Shown here in pieces: positions 9,803 to 20,800 of a stretch of 56,559 nucleotides of DNA. Position 1 is the first letter of the stretch. Every line of letters begins with the position of its first letter. A program made the position numbers and the translations under genes. The notes beneath the pieces are model-generated. The model was not told the DNA's origin. It saw only the letters and a program-made list of their open reading frames with translations, and made no database searches. Location: contig JAZOQA010000057.1 in assembly GCA_045655765.1 (NCBI GenBank), positions 1 through 56,559 on the forward strand, in the 5' to 3' direction. This DNA comes from Eubacteriales bacterium (lineage in GTDB: Bacteria; Bacillota; Clostridia; Oscillospirales; CAG-272).

Positions 9803-12800
9803 TTAAATTCTCTTAAATTCATACTTACCAAGTATGAATGCTCCGTAACCGAGGTCTACGATAACGCTGTGAATGTTATAGTTAAGAACGAAGTGTACCT
9901 CGTGTCCTGTGGTTGCATTTTTGTAAGTAACCATAACTACGTTGTAATTATTTACGGTATAGTCGGTTTTTACATAATTTTTGCCATCTGTTGATTTGGA
10001 ATCCGTAAGATAATTATACTCCGAGGTATATTCCTCAAGTACATTAAACGATATTTTGTAAGGATCGCTTGAAGCTGCATACTTTTCATCAAAGGACTCC
10101 TCAAGAAGCTCAAGGCGCTTAACTATTGAAGCTCTAATCTCATTTGCATACTTTTCATCAATCTGAATATTGTTTGTGAGATTGAGAAGATTGCCCGCCT
10201 GAGAGGCAATAGCATCTACGTCGATTTCGACCTTAACGCCCTTACCGTACTCTCCCTTGGCATTCATATCTTCATAAGCTGCGATGATATCTTGCTCGAT
10301 CTGTTCCTCAGCTCTGCTTATAAGCTCGTTTACAAGTTTTGTATAAACAAGCTCCTTTTCCTCTGCACCGATTACACGCTCTACGGTCAAAATTTTATGA
10401 TCAACAATTTTATAATTTTGAAGATCTCCAATTGCACCGTTTATAACGGAATACTGCTCTACAACATTTGTAAACCAGTTTTCGTAGCTGACACCGTAAT
10501 ACTTGTTGAGATTCTCATCCTCTTTCATATGATGATGATTGTCGTAGCAAAGAATGTAGTAAAGCGACGCGCCGTTCTCAATAGAGCGGAGAATATCGTA
10601 ATCGGGGTCACCCGAGTAGTTGAGTGCACTGCCGGTATACTTAACGTAACCGTGAAGAACCATTCCAAGGAACGGAACTGCATACGAGGAGTATCTCAAG
10701 TGGTTGGAATCAATGTATGCATCGATAATATGAGATGCATATTCAAGAGAATAAGCATTACCCTTATCAAGCATAATGTCATATCCGTCTTTCTTCATAG
10801 AAGCGAGAATGTCGGATATATACTCACTTGCCTCTTCTCTGTTGATGGGATTTTCATCATCAAAGTTAGAGTTAATATCGGAACCGAGGGTGGAAACGGA
10901 AATGTTCTTTATTCCAAACTCGGAGTAATCATCGTTGAACTCAACGTAGAGTTCTGCAAGAGCATCGGGAGAAACAAGCCTCGTAAGGAATGACTCGTAA
11001 GAGTGAGTGACGGAGTTATAAAGCTGCTTTTCAGCATAACGGTTGTCTATGAGCTTAGAGGAAATACCGTTAGGATAAATTCCATCAAACATCGCCGTAT
11101 TGTTAATATAAATGAAATCGAATTCGGGATAGATACCGAGGTGTGAGCCCTGCTTTGCAGAAACGCTGTTTGCGTAGTTCATAAGTGCCAAGAAGCCATC
11201 CTCGCCACCAACAACCTTATCCCACTTAACCTTAGATGGGTAAGTATATTCCATACCACCGTTAGCAAAGCCGGTAAGACGGAAGTTGATGTTCGTTATG
11301 TTTGTAATTTGTTCTGCAAGCTGATCGTATTCCTTTGCCTTTTGCTCATAAAGAGCCTTAAGCTCAAGATCCTTTTCAGTCTTTTTTGCCTCTTGTCTGT
11401 AATATTCTGCCTTTTCACGTATCAAACGGGTTGCATCAGCAAACTCGTCGTACATAGTACGAATATTTTCAAAGGTGGTGAGGGCTGTGGAAACCTCTAC
11501 GGGGAAAGAAAGAATCTTCTCCAAAATCTCCATAGAACCGAAGACCTCAATGTAAAGAGGAAGGTCGTTGCCAAGGCTTGCAAAGGCTTCAATAGTTCCG
11601 TCTTCGATAAGGTAATCACGGTAGCACTCTGCCATTGCAGAATAGCTTGCGTTGTAATTTGCACCGTAAATCGAGTTAAGTCTTTCGTCTGTGAGCATAG
11701 TGATCTTAGTTATGAAAGATCCGCTATACTTAGTCTCGGCAACCATCGTATACTCGCCAAGTCCACTGACCGAAAGGGTTTGAGAAAGGTCGTACGTATC
11801 GGACGGATAGGGACGGTATACGGGGTATATCGTTCCAAAGCCCGAGGTGGTACATTCAAATCTAAAGTTAAGGTGTGCAAGAGCCGCACCCTCTTCTATG
11901 ATTGCAAAGAATCCGTTTTGAAGCTTGGAAGTTCCTACAAGCTCCTGCATTTCAGGAGACACACTCTCAGTATATACCGCACCATATACAGGCATAGTAA
12001 CCTGCTCACGATAGTCACCTGTAATTGCGATGATATCGGAATATGCGTGGTCTATACCGTAAACGGGTGCCTTGAATGACACAATACCACCATTGTAGAA
12101 ATCAGAAATGCTTACTATAGTTCCACTTCCATCGGGGTAGAAAATATATCCATCGAGAGGATTCTTCTGGTTTCTGTTATAAGTACCGGGTCTTTCGGGA
12201 TTTTCATCAAGGTAGAAAAGATCACTTGCACCGAAATACTTAAGCGGAGTTATAGAATAAAGAATGTAAGTGGATTCATCAAACGTGATAGAGTTTGCGG
12301 GGAGATTCACCGAAAGGGTGCCATCCTCGTTAAACGTATACTCAAGAGCACATCTGAATACGGGGCGTGCTACAAACTCGTGAACGTAACCGCATTCCCT
12401 TTCATCCCTATACATATCATTAAAGCTGTAGGTGGGAGTGTCGTTGTATACGCAATACTTTTCAATGATTTCCTGAGTTTGAGCAAGGACTCTGTAGTTT
12501 GTATTGCTGATATTACAAATTACGTTATAGCCTGTGGTTGATGCTTTATAGCTGTTTGTAAACTCGAGAATCGCACCGTAGACATCCTGCATCGGGTTCG
12601 AGTATTCGAAAATTTTAACAATGTAGTACTCAATAAGAGAGAGATACTGACCTATTGCATCAACATTAAGCTTGCCGTTATCGCTGTAAAAGAGAAGTTC
12701 TGCGTAGGTGCAAGCCTCAACAACACTTCCGCAAGTAGAGCAAACGTACTCACCGTCTGCGTTGGGTGTCTTAACCTTCTCACCTACTGCGTGCTTTCTA

Positions 12801-13759
12801 CAGTAATGAACCGTTTCGTCAAGATTAAGAAGCTGAGAGAAGTTCTCAAAGCGTCTATTGAACTCATCACGTGCACCGGAGGTTACAAACTCGGTCTTCT
12901 CCTTATCAAGCTCAATAGTTCCCTTGCCCATTACGCTGGCTGCAAATTGATAAAGCTTTCCGTCACGGTAGGGAGATTTATTGTTGTCTACGTTCATACC
13001 GTATGCAAGAAGGTTCTTAAACGCTCTGTTTGCATTTCTGCCTGTATAATAGTCAAGCTGGCTTGCAGAGGTTGCCGTTTCAGGGCTGGTTGCCTCGGCA
13101 TCGTGCTTCTGGAAGAGCTTGTCGGCCTCAGCAATATAGTTCTCGAGAAGCGGAAGAACCAAACACTCCATATAACGATCCTGATGCATTGCACCGGGAA
13201 CAAGATATCTGAGTGTTGTATCACCGATGGTATAGCTTACACGAAGACCTCCGTTGATTGCAGACACGTAAATCTGTCCGTTGGTTGCGGCACCCGTAAA
13301 GCTGTCCATAGTAATAGGTGTTTCAGACGAGTTGGAAATTGAGTTGTACTCAAGCTCGATTTGGCTCACAAGAGTCGTCGTAGGGTTGGTAAGCTCACGG
13401 TAATCGTAGGGATTACTTGTAAGCACCTGCCCTGTCAGGTTGTTCTGATAATACATAAAGCCCGTATAGACGTTTACGTAAACAGAGTACATACCGTTTT
13501 TAGAGGTTGCTGACATAAGCTGTCCTGCAGCCTTCTCTGCTTCAAGCATCTGCTCCGCAGAGTTATACTTAAGCTGTTTTGCAAAAGTAAGTACGTTAAT
13601 GAAGTCTTCTTCATTTTTAGCATACATATTCGCTGCCGTTATAGAATCAGGCTTTTCTGCACTGTTAGCAGCAAATGCTAAAGTGGGGAATGCTACTATG
13701 ACCGCAGTTGAAAGCATAATCGCCGCAAGCAGCATAGATAATATTCTTTTAAATTTCAT
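9803..13759 (-). CDS. 1318-aa exported protein of unknown function. From memory it resembles DUF5696-type, possibly glycoside-hydrolase-like, proteins.
   Basis: Sec signal peptide (AFPTLAFA/ANS). Motifs FYPDGSG, MPVYG, FFAIIEEGAALA, LPLYIEVFG and LTGFANGGM. Has an AGGAGG RBS. I cannot name a catalytic signature. Confidence 0.8.
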   Translation of the reverse strand: MKFKRILSMLLAAIMLSTAVIVAFPTLAFAANSAEKPDSITAANMYAKNEEDFINVLTFAKQLKYNSAEQMLEAEKAAGQLMSATSKNGMYSVYVNVYTGFMYYQNNLTGQVLTSNPYDYRELTNPTTTLVSQIELEYNSISNSSETPITMDSFTGAATNGQIYVSAINGGLRVSYTIGDTTLRYLVPGAMHQDRYMECLVLPLLENYIAEADKLFQKHDAEATSPETATSASQLDYYTGRNANRAFKNLLAYGMNVDNNKSPYRDGKLYQFAASVMGKGTIELDKEKTEFVTSGARDEFNRRFENFSQLLNLDETVHYCRKHAVGEKVKTPNADGEYVCSTCGSVVEACTYAELLFYSDNGKLNVDAIGQYLSLIEYYIVKIFEYSNPMQDVYGAILEFTNSYKASTTGYNVICNISNTNYRVLAQTQEIIEKYCVYNDTPTYSFNDMYRDERECGYVHEFVARPVFRCALEYTFNEDGTLSVNLPANSITFDESTYILYSITPLKYFGASDLFYLDENPERPGTYNRNQKNPLDGYIFYPDGSGTIVSISDFYNGGIVSFKAPVYGIDHAYSDIIAITGDYREQVTMPVYGAVYTESVSPEMQELVGTSKLQNGFFAIIEEGAALAHLNFRFECTTSGFGTIYPVYRPYPSDTYDLSQTLSVSGLGEYTMVAETKYSGSFITKITMLTDERLNSIYGANYNASYSAMAECYRDYLIEDGTIEAFASLGNDLPLYIEVFGSMEILEKILSFPVEVSTALTTFENIRTMYDEFADATRLIREKAEYYRQEAKKTEKDLELKALYEQKAKEYDQLAEQITNITNINFRLTGFANGGMEYTYPSKVKWDKVVGGEDGFLALMNYANSVSAKQGSHLGIYPEFDFIYINNTAMFDGIYPNGISSKLIDNRYAEKQLYNSVTHSYESFLTRLVSPDALAELYVEFNDDYSEFGIKNISVSTLGSDINSNFDDENPINREEASEYISDILASMKKDGYDIMLDKGNAYSLEYASHIIDAYIDSNHLRYSSYAVPFLGMVLHGYVKYTGSALNYSGDPDYDILRSIENGASLYYILCYDNHHHMKEDENLNKYYGVSYENWFTNVVEQYSVINGAIGDLQNYKIVDHKILTVERVIGAEEKELVYTKLVNELISRAEEQIEQDIIAAYEDMNAKGEYGKGVKVEIDVDAIASQAGNLLNLTNNIQIDEKYANEIRASIVKRLELLEESFDEKYAASSDPYKISFNVLEEYTSEYNYLTDSKSTDGKNYVKTDYTVNNYNVVMVTYKNATTGHEVHFVLNYNIHSVIVDLGYGAFILGKYEFKRI

Positions 13760-13774
13760 TTTTACCTCCTACTG

Positions 13775-15961
13775 CTACGAAAGATTATCAATAATCTCAC
13801 TACCGAGAGTTACAAGGAAGCTTGACATCTTAACAACAAGTGCCGAGAACAGGATAGCAACGAACATAATAACTACCATTGCTACAATAGTTCCGATAAT
13901 TGTTATTATATTCTTGGGAATAGAATAACCGTGAGTTACAACCATTCCAAAGAAGATGAGAAGTCCTGCCCAAATGTAACCGATGGTTACAAGAAGAGAA
14001 ACTATAGAGCCGCCTGTTACAATGTTAGTAAGTGCGGTTGATAAAATTACCATTACAGGTACGGGTGCTATTGCATAACAGGTTGCAATATAGATATCCT
14101 TGAAGCTACCCTCTCCGTCAAACAGTGTCGTAAGACACCAGTTCGAAACAATCCAAAGAAGAACGGGAACAAGCACCGCCGTCATTTGAACAAGAATAGA
14201 CGTGGATTCACCACGGGGGTTGAACGCATATCCCTGTCCAATAGACTGATAGAAGAATGCAATAACTGTAAGAGTTAAGAACGTAGTTGCTGCTCTTACA
14301 GAGCCTCGCTTCTCATGCTTAAGATCCCAGAATCCGTCGAACGGATGGAATACGAGATGGAATACGTATAACATTTCCTCGCCATAGGTCTTTTTGCCGA
14401 CCTTGAGCGCGGTTGCTTTGTTCTTTTTCTTTGCCCACCCAAGGAACTTGAAGAAAAATACAAGAACAACTATGACTAAGATAACCATAGGAATCATCCA
14501 CTTAGAGGTGAATTCCTTGCTAATTGCGTTCTGTGCCTTAGTCCAGAAATCAACCTCGTAAGCTACCTCGAGCATTTCCTTAGCCTCTTCGTAGTCACCC
14601 TTGTTATAGAGTGCCTTACCTATACCTATATATGCAAGGTCGAAGTTGTTGTTCATAGTAAGAACGTCCTGCCAATACTCAATCGACTGCGAATAGTTAT
14701 GATTATTCTCGTTTTCAAGAGCCTTGATCAGAGTTTTGCAATACTCGGTGGGAGAGAAGACAACAAGCTTGTCGCCCGTGGTTGTCTTGTCCATTACAAT
14801 AAGACGGTACTCTGTATCCCCCTCTGCCGTAACGTATTTCTGATACGTCATAGCCTGGGGGTTTTCGAAGTTTCCAAGCTGAACACCCATATCTCCAAAT
14901 GCAAAGAGAAGATCTCCGTTGGAGTTATATGTAAATGTTCTTGTTCTTTGTATTGTCGTGTTACTGTCAAGAATGGTCCAAGAGCCCTCAGGACCTATTG
15001 CAATGTCGGTAATCTTAGAAAGTTCAGCCGTAGAGAGAACTCCTACTTCTCCACCGGGATCGAAGAAGCCGTTACGCTTCATAATCTCCTTACCCATAGA
15101 GTTAAGCTTTTTTACGGGTGAGTAGGTTGGAGACTTAGATTCAATTGTTGCAAGCTGTTCCGTGAGGTCACTTTGAGTGGTAAAGTTGATAGTTGCGTAA
15201 ACAAATCCGAACTCATCAACAGTTACGTTGTTATAAGCCGTAGGAATATTAGATGCCTGTCTTTCAAGCTGCTCATCGGATTGGAATATACTCCAAATAC
15301 GGTCAAGAACGCTATAAGTAACCTTCTGTGCACCGATAAAGCCCGTAAACGAGCCGTCGCTTGCAAGAACTATGATACCCTCAAAGCAACGCTGAGAGGA
15401 GATGAAGATTCTTCCGTAAAGGTCAACGGCAATTGCCTGAGGAACGAATGCGTCATCATCAATAATTCTGTCATCAGGCTTATAAATTGTCTTTACGTAA
15501 TTATATGCTTCGTCAAAAACTACGATCTGCTTGTTTCCTGTGTCACATACGTAAATCTTTTTGCCGATTGCAGTGTCTGAAGCTGTAACGAAAAGACCCT
15601 CCGGAGCTGAAAGAGTACGAACGTCTCCGCTGTCATCGATATACTCGCTGATAGATGCAACCTGCTCGTAATCCTTGTTGAGAACTATAATGCGGTTGTT
15701 GGTCTTGTCAGCAAGATAGATGTTTCCGTCCTCGTCAGAAACGATGTCACGGGTTTCCGGAGAAATTGCCGTTGCGGGAATTCCCATTCCGGTATAGGTT
15801 CTCGAATCACTTACCCTGTATGCGTGGGGAGACTTAAGAGGTTCACCGTCAATGGAATAGGTGTAGGTCTCGTAGGGGTCAAATGCAGATACGGAGAACG
15901 TTCCGAAAAGCATTATAGCAATTACGGCAAATATTAATATTTTAGTAATTTTACTTTTCAT
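13775..15961 (-). CDS. membrane protein: signal peptide + NHL-type beta-propeller + TPR + C-terminal Yip1-like multi-TM domain
   Basis: NHL-like repeats (NNRIIVLNKDYE, GNKQIVVFDEAYNY, GRIFISS). A TPR-like segment (IGIGKALYNKGDYEEAKEML). One TM helix followed by a basic stretch (AKKKNK). Then HPFDGFWDLKHEKRGS plus five TM segments typical of bacterial Yip1 proteins. Has an AAGGAGGA RBS. Confidence 0.8.
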   Translation of the reverse strand: MKSKITKILIFAVIAIMLFGTFSVSAFDPYETYTYSIDGEPLKSPHAYRVSDSRTYTGMGIPATAISPETRDIVSDEDGNIYLADKTNNRIIVLNKDYEQVASISEYIDDSGDVRTLSAPEGLFVTASDTAIGKKIYVCDTGNKQIVVFDEAYNYVKTIYKPDDRIIDDDAFVPQAIAVDLYGRIFISSQRCFEGIIVLASDGSFTGFIGAQKVTYSVLDRIWSIFQSDEQLERQASNIPTAYNNVTVDEFGFVYATINFTTQSDLTEQLATIESKSPTYSPVKKLNSMGKEIMKRNGFFDPGGEVGVLSTAELSKITDIAIGPEGSWTILDSNTTIQRTRTFTYNSNGDLLFAFGDMGVQLGNFENPQAMTYQKYVTAEGDTEYRLIVMDKTTTGDKLVVFSPTEYCKTLIKALENENNHNYSQSIEYWQDVLTMNNNFDLAYIGIGKALYNKGDYEEAKEMLEVAYEVDFWTKAQNAISKEFTSKWMIPMVILVIVVLVFFFKFLGWAKKKNKATALKVGKKTYGEEMLYVFHLVFHPFDGFWDLKHEKRGSVRAATTFLTLTVIAFFYQSIGQGYAFNPRGESTSILVQMTAVLVPVLLWIVSNWCLTTLFDGEGSFKDIYIATCYAIAPVPVMVILSTALTNIVTGGSIVSLLVTIGYIWAGLLIFFGMVVTHGYSIPKNIITIIGTIVAMVVIMFVAILFSALVVKMSSFLVTLGSEIIDNLS

Positions 15962-15970
15962 ATATCCTCC

Positions 15971-16846
15971 TTAATCCTTCATTCCGGAAGATCCCATCGT
16001 TTCGATAATCTTACTCTGGTTGAAGACAAAGATTGCGATAGGAACAAGCATCATAATAACCGTCGCCGCTGCTGCTGCACCGGAACGTGCGATACCTCCG
16101 CTTAAAATCTGACCTATTGCATAGTTGAAGGTCTTCAATTCTTCCGAATGTACGTATACGGATGCACCTGCGTTCCAAAGAGACTTGAAGCACTCGATAG
16201 TAAGCGTGAGCCACGCAGGCTTAACCATCGGCATTGCGATAATCAGGAATGTTCTGAACTCACTTGCACCATCAAGACGTGCAGATTCAAGTACAGTATC
16301 CGGCACCGATGACTCCATAAACTGCTTCATAAGGTAAAGACCCATAGTTGTTGCCATCGAGGGAACGATGATCGAAAGATACGTGTCAATCCAGCCAAAT
16401 GCAGAAAGAATGATGAAGTGGGTGACCTGGTTAACGGTTGAATGGAACATAAGTGACATAACTATAACTTGGAAGATTGCGTTTCTTCCAGGGAATCTGA
16501 GCTTTGCGAGTGAGTATGCCGCCATAGAAGCGAAAATTAGGTTTCCAACGGTGCCGCAAAGTGTGAGAAACACGGTGTTAAATATGTATCTCGAAAAAGG
16601 TACCCACGAGTCACCCATCAATGTAAATAAATCCTTGAAGTTGTCAAAGGACGGGTCTACTACGTAAAACTTGGGAGGGAACATAAAGAGTTCGTCCAAA
16701 GGCTTTAAGGACTGAATGACAACGTAGTACATAGGCAGGAACATAAATGCTCCAAGAAGTACAAGTATGAAGGTTATACCGCCGTCTCCGCCCTTTGAAC
16801 GGTTGAGAACGACTCTATGCCCTCTTGTTCTTAATTTCTTTGACAT
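15971..16846 (-). CDS. carbohydrate ABC transporter permease (MalG-like, first pair)
   Basis: EAA loop VLESARLDGASEFRTFLIIAMPMVKP. The likely start is ATG 16846 (TAATATG junction with the upstream gene); the ORF-track start at 16855 is GTG. Confidence 0.85.
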   Translation of the reverse strand: MSKKLRTRGHRVVLNRSKGGDGGITFILVLLGAFMFLPMYYVVIQSLKPLDELFMFPPKFYVVDPSFDNFKDLFTLMGDSWVPFSRYIFNTVFLTLCGTVGNLIFASMAAYSLAKLRFPGRNAIFQVIVMSLMFHSTVNQVTHFIILSAFGWIDTYLSIIVPSMATTMGLYLMKQFMESSVPDTVLESARLDGASEFRTFLIIAMPMVKPAWLTLTIECFKSLWNAGASVYVHSEELKTFNYAIGQILSGGIARSGAAAAATVIMMLVPIAIFVFNQSKIIETMGSSGMKD

Positions 16847-16847
16847 A

Positions 16848-17798
16848 TTACTCACCTACCTTCGAGAGTGCCTTCTTTATAACGATGTTACAGCCAAACA
16901 TTATTATAAACAGAATGACTGCAATCGCCGAGGCATAACCGATTTCATAACGGCTGCCACCGTAGTCTGAAAGGTGGTGCATAATCGTATGCGCCGCATA
17001 ATCAACCGACGGGAAGCCGCAAAGTGCGTCAACGACCGCACCGAAGCCGAATGCCTGTGTAATAGAGAGAACCGCACCGAACATAAGCTGCGGACGCATT
17101 GTTGGGAGCGTGATATACCAAAGCTCCTGCCAACGGTTTTTAATTCCGTCAACCGCAGCCGCCTCATACATAGAACGGTCAATCGTCTGGAAGCCTGCGA
17201 TGAATGACAGGAACGCAGTACCGAGCGAGGTCCAAAGTGCGACGACAATACAAAGCGGCATAACGTAATCTGCATTGTCGAACCAAAGGATTGGCTGGGA
17301 AATTAGGTTCCATTTCATCAGCACTGCATTCGCCCAACCGTAAGAGTCAGAGGAGAACAGTGTCTTCCAAATCAGGTAAACCTGACCGGAAATTGAGGGT
17401 GCGTAGAAGATAAGTGTTACAACAGCACGAATCTTGGGGGGGAGCTCGTTAATAAACCAAGCTATTAAAAGTGAAAGTATGTATGATACAGGACCCGTAA
17501 CGCACGCAAATATCAGAGTGTTCTGACATGCAAGAATGAAAATTTCGTCATCAAGGAAAAGCCTTGCGAAATTCTCGTGCCAAACGAAATCGGGTATATC
17601 AAGCATATTGAAGTTAGTTAAGCTGAGTATCATCGACAGAACAACGGGAAGGACTGTAAAGATGATGAAAAGCAGAAGGAACGGTGCAAGCATAAAGTAC
17701 GCCGTCTTATTCTTTTTCATCTCTTTCCATGTCCACTGCCATTTAGACATCTCGCTGCGCTGTGTAGGACGCTTAGCCTCTGTCTTTGAACGTGACAT
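16848..17798 (-). CDS. sugar ABC transporter permease (MalF-like, first pair)
   Basis: EAA loop MYEAAAVDGIKNRWQELWYITLPTMRP, six TM segments, and an AAGGAGA RBS. Confidence 0.85.
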   Translation of the reverse strand: MSRSKTEAKRPTQRSEMSKWQWTWKEMKKNKTAYFMLAPFLLLFIIFTVLPVVLSMILSLTNFNMLDIPDFVWHENFARLFLDDEIFILACQNTLIFACVTGPVSYILSLLIAWFINELPPKIRAVVTLIFYAPSISGQVYLIWKTLFSSDSYGWANAVLMKWNLISQPILWFDNADYVMPLCIVVALWTSLGTAFLSFIAGFQTIDRSMYEAAAVDGIKNRWQELWYITLPTMRPQLMFGAVLSITQAFGFGAVVDALCGFPSVDYAAHTIMHHLSDYGGSRYEIGYASAIAVILFIIMFGCNIVIKKALSKVGE

Positions 17799-17822
17799 TT
17801 GATTATCTCCTTTTCGTTAGTC

Positions 17823-20800
17823 TCAAGCGTTAGGTGTAGGATCGATTTCTTCTTCACCTGTTGTGGGATTCTTGTAACCCACGTACCAGATACCTCTGTC
17901 CTTAAACTCCTCACGCTTTCTCGTAATTTCGGAGTTAATCGCATCAATGTAGTTCTGAAGAGCTTCGACAGCATTAGCACCGTTATTTACCGCATCGAGG
18001 AATGCGAACTTCATATATCTATTATAAATGTAAGAACCAGGATAGTTTACTATGGAGCACATATTACTCATCTGATCCTGAATTGCAAGCTTTTCACTTG
18101 CTGTCCAAGACAGATCCTGAATAGCCTGAAGGTTTGCCGTCTCGTACTTTGCAGAAGGACCGATGAGGGCAACCATTCTGTTTCCGTACTCTGCCTGAAC
18201 GCTAGCGTTGCTGTTCCACTGAGAGAACTGCCAAGCAGCAAGAAGGTTGTCGCAGCCACGAAGAATTACGGTTGCTCCAACTCCTGCAAGAGACTCGTAA
18301 TGAATCTCCTCTACTCCGTCGCCGTCAGCATCTCTGAACAAGCCGGGAAGCGAGCAGAATTCCCAAAGACCTTCAATTTCCGTTGCGTAAACTACGAGCT
18401 GGTTGTAGAGTGCGCAGTAGCTACCAACAAGGATAGGCATTTCACCAGTTCTGAAACGGTTTGCAGCATCGTATGCTACGGGGAATGAATAGTCGCTATA
18501 AAGACGACACACAAACTCGAATGCTTCAAGAGCGATATCGGAGTCGAGGTCAATTCTTGCACCTGCGTACTTAGAATCGTACTCATCGCTGTTGGTGTAT
18601 TTCCAAAGGTTACCGCCCTTTTGATAAATCATAAAGTCAAGAGCGGAAATATAGTCAACACCGATAGACATATTATTAGACTGGATTATAGGCAAGCAAG
18701 ACAGAAGGTCATCCCAAGTCTCGGGAACGCCTATGTTCAGGTTTGCAAGAACATCCATACGGTAGAACATCATTGCGAAGTTCATCGTCTGAGGAACGCC
18801 GTACGTTACGCCAAGAAGCTGAAGCGTATCCATTGCAGCCTGTGTAAATACCTGCTTCTCTTCACCGTTAAGCACTTGTGGGCTATTTTCGGTAAGAATT
18901 ACGTCAGAATAAGGCTTTGTGATGAACGAAAGCTCCGCTCCCTCCTTTACAGACTTCCAAGCGGCAATTTCCTTGGGATCTGTAACGGTGACGGTAACGG
19001 TCGTTTTGTCAGGATTAAGATGAGTATAATAAGCCTCACCCAAATTTTCATCATAAGCGTACTCAACAAGCACAGCCCCCTCTTTGAGGCTCTTTTCGGG
19101 AGAAGAGATGGTAACTGTTACGTAATCATAGTTACCGTTGGTTTCATAACGGTAAGTATAATGAGTTGTAACGAAAATTTTATTTTCATCTGCATCGAGT
19201 CGGTGAGAATCATTTCCGTTCATTCCTATTACGGCACCACGGATAGCATAGTTAATTACGTCCGCAGCAGCAAGACCGATATAAACGTCAGGACCCTTGC
19301 CCGAAAGAATGGAGGGAAGAAGAGTTCCGCCCGTAACAAGCTTAAGCGCAGCGGGCGTACCCGTGCTGTTGGAATAACCGTTTTGAGCGTCAATCATTGA
19401 ACGCCAAATCTGGGACTGGTCTCGACCGGTCGCAAGCCAAACGTCAATCTTTTGACTGTCATCGGAAATCTCGGTGGTAAGACCCATCTCATCATAATCT
19501 ACCCAGAACGATGCAAAGAACGAAAGAATCTCAAACCAAAGAGATTCCCAGAAGCCTGCATCGGACTCACGGGGTTGCTCGGATGCGTTAGCGGGAACAA
19601 AGAATATTGCGTCAACCATAATTGTGCTCTGCTTTGAGCTGTTAATCCAAGAGCCGAGCGTTCCAAGGTAGGATTTAAGAGATCCCATATTCTTCGCTAC
19701 GTTATCTCCTCTGTCAGAGCCCATTTGAAGAAGCAAAAGTGCAATGGTGTCGAGCTGTGCAATGTGCGAACCGTTAGTTCCGCAAAGAGCCTCAAGCTCC
19801 GACTTTACTGCTGCAAGCTCCTTTGCTTGAACAAGGAAATTATAGAGCACATCAGGCATAATATCGTCAAATCTGTAATCACGGTTTTCATCCGGATCAG
19901 CTCCTGTGAGCTGAAGAATCTGTAGATAGCAATCATTAATAACATTAAGGGAAGCTTCTACACGCTGAATGCTGTTTTTGAGAGAGCCAAGAGAGCACTC
20001 GAGGTAAATGGTATACTGTACGCCCTCTTCAAAATAGAATTCATAAGCGTTTCCTTTGCCGTCGCCTATAAATTCAGACTGCCATTCCTTGCTGTAATTA
20101 TACTTTATGTCATTTGCTTCCTTAAAAGGAACTGTAGGAGTTCCGTCAGCAAGACCATACTCGCCACCGGCAAGCTTAATGGTACGGCAAACATACATAC
20201 CCTGCAGAGCATTCTGCAAGAATCGCATAGAAATCTTGTACATACCGTCTTTGGTGACGTAGAAATTATACGCTGCCCACTGTCCAACCGAACTATATCC
20301 GTTTTCTCCTATTACGTTATAAAGCTGAGAAGAGTGGTTGGTGGGGAACGTAGCCGCTGAGGTATTATCATTGGATGGAGCAACCGAAGAATCGGAAACA
20401 AAATCAGGAAATTCTGCCTCAATACGAACAGTTCCGTTACCAACAGGTGCGGCGGAATGCTCCGCACGGTAGTCGGCGTAGGACTTTGTGGAGTCTGCCG
20501 TAGCATCACCCTCCTTAACCTCTGCAGGAATAAGCTCTATGGACTTAACAATCACAGGGTCACGCTCTGCAATAAGAGAGAACTCGTGATCACCCTTTGA
20601 CATATAGAACATAAAGTTATCCGTATAATATCCGCTGGAATCCTTGAAGTAATAGGTCTTCCAAGCGGGGACGGCAACTGCCTCGGGTGCCATAGAGTTG
20701 TTATTCATATCAGCTTGAATGGTATAAGTTTTCGTAACACGGAAAAGCTTATCACCCTCGTACTCATAGGAAACAACGGTCTTTACATACGCACCAGGGT

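Noticed and set aside
10292-12079. Plus-strand ORFs of 233 aa (10292-10993) and 256 aa (11309-12079), plus 12791-13342 (183 aa), inside the 1318-aa gene
   Set aside because: They are antisense shadows of a long, well-supported minus-strand CDS. They have no RBS, a Cys/Leu/Phe/Lys-rich low-complexity composition, and no recognisable motifs.
17799-19400. Plus-strand ORFs of 229 aa (17799-18488) and 259 aa (18621-19400) opposite the giant SBP gene
   Set aside because: Same reasoning: these are antisense frames of a motif-rich CDS, with no RBS or domain signal.
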